This document shows, piece after piece, positions 63,924-64,000 of a stretch of DNA of 64,000 nucleotides. Location of the stretch: contig JAUYHF010000014.1 in NCBI GenBank assembly GCA_030690165.1, forward strand, positions 34,257 through 98,256, given 5' to 3'. Positions within the stretch are counted from its first letter, which is position 1, and each line of letters starts with the position of its first letter. The notes under the pieces were generated by a model, which was not told the origin of the DNA, made no database searches, and saw only the letters and a list, made by a program, of their open reading frames with translations. The stretch is from Deltaproteobacteria bacterium. Its GTDB lineage: Bacteria; Desulfobacterota; GWC2-55-46; UBA9637. The position numbers were made by a program, and so were the translations under genes.

Positions 63924-64000
63924 CTCAAATCTCCAAAAAACAAATATGCTCTCCAAGTCCAGCCTTTTAAAATATGGGGAGCACCACTCATTGCTTCCCT

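Overview
AT-rich bacterial chromosome segment, probably from an anaerobic Deltaproteobacteria/Desulfobacterota-like lineage (inferred from the split atp operon, Hdr-Flx genes and an MXAN_5187-like gene). In order it contains purH (partial), a RACo/ASKHA gene, mlaDFE-alr, rpoH, the Fo atp genes, tRNA-Leu(CAA), a complete mraZ-ftsZ dcw cluster, a small decayed accessory island, a radical SAM gene with a probable ATT start, the F1/b atp genes, a long mdh-fumAB-hdrCBA-flxDCBA-frdBA operon interleaved with cargo genes, then rlpA, a ubiU-like gene, a TA pair, DUF62, a Kef-type antiporter and cbiA. Two things stand out. First, there is a dense layer of short repeats: many different period-7 arrays form inverted pairs at gene junctions and in-frame inserts in essential proteins; a ~100-bp heptamer-built element occurs four times and supplies the downstream RBS (and in three copies the upstream stop codon); and small hairpin micro-elements nest inside one another and inside CDSs. 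Second, an Hdr-Flx module is co-encoded with an anchorless, probably non-covalent-FAD fumarate reductase plus MDH and fumarase, which suggests electron-bifurcating fumarate reduction. All calls come from reading motifs by eye; no database searches were run.
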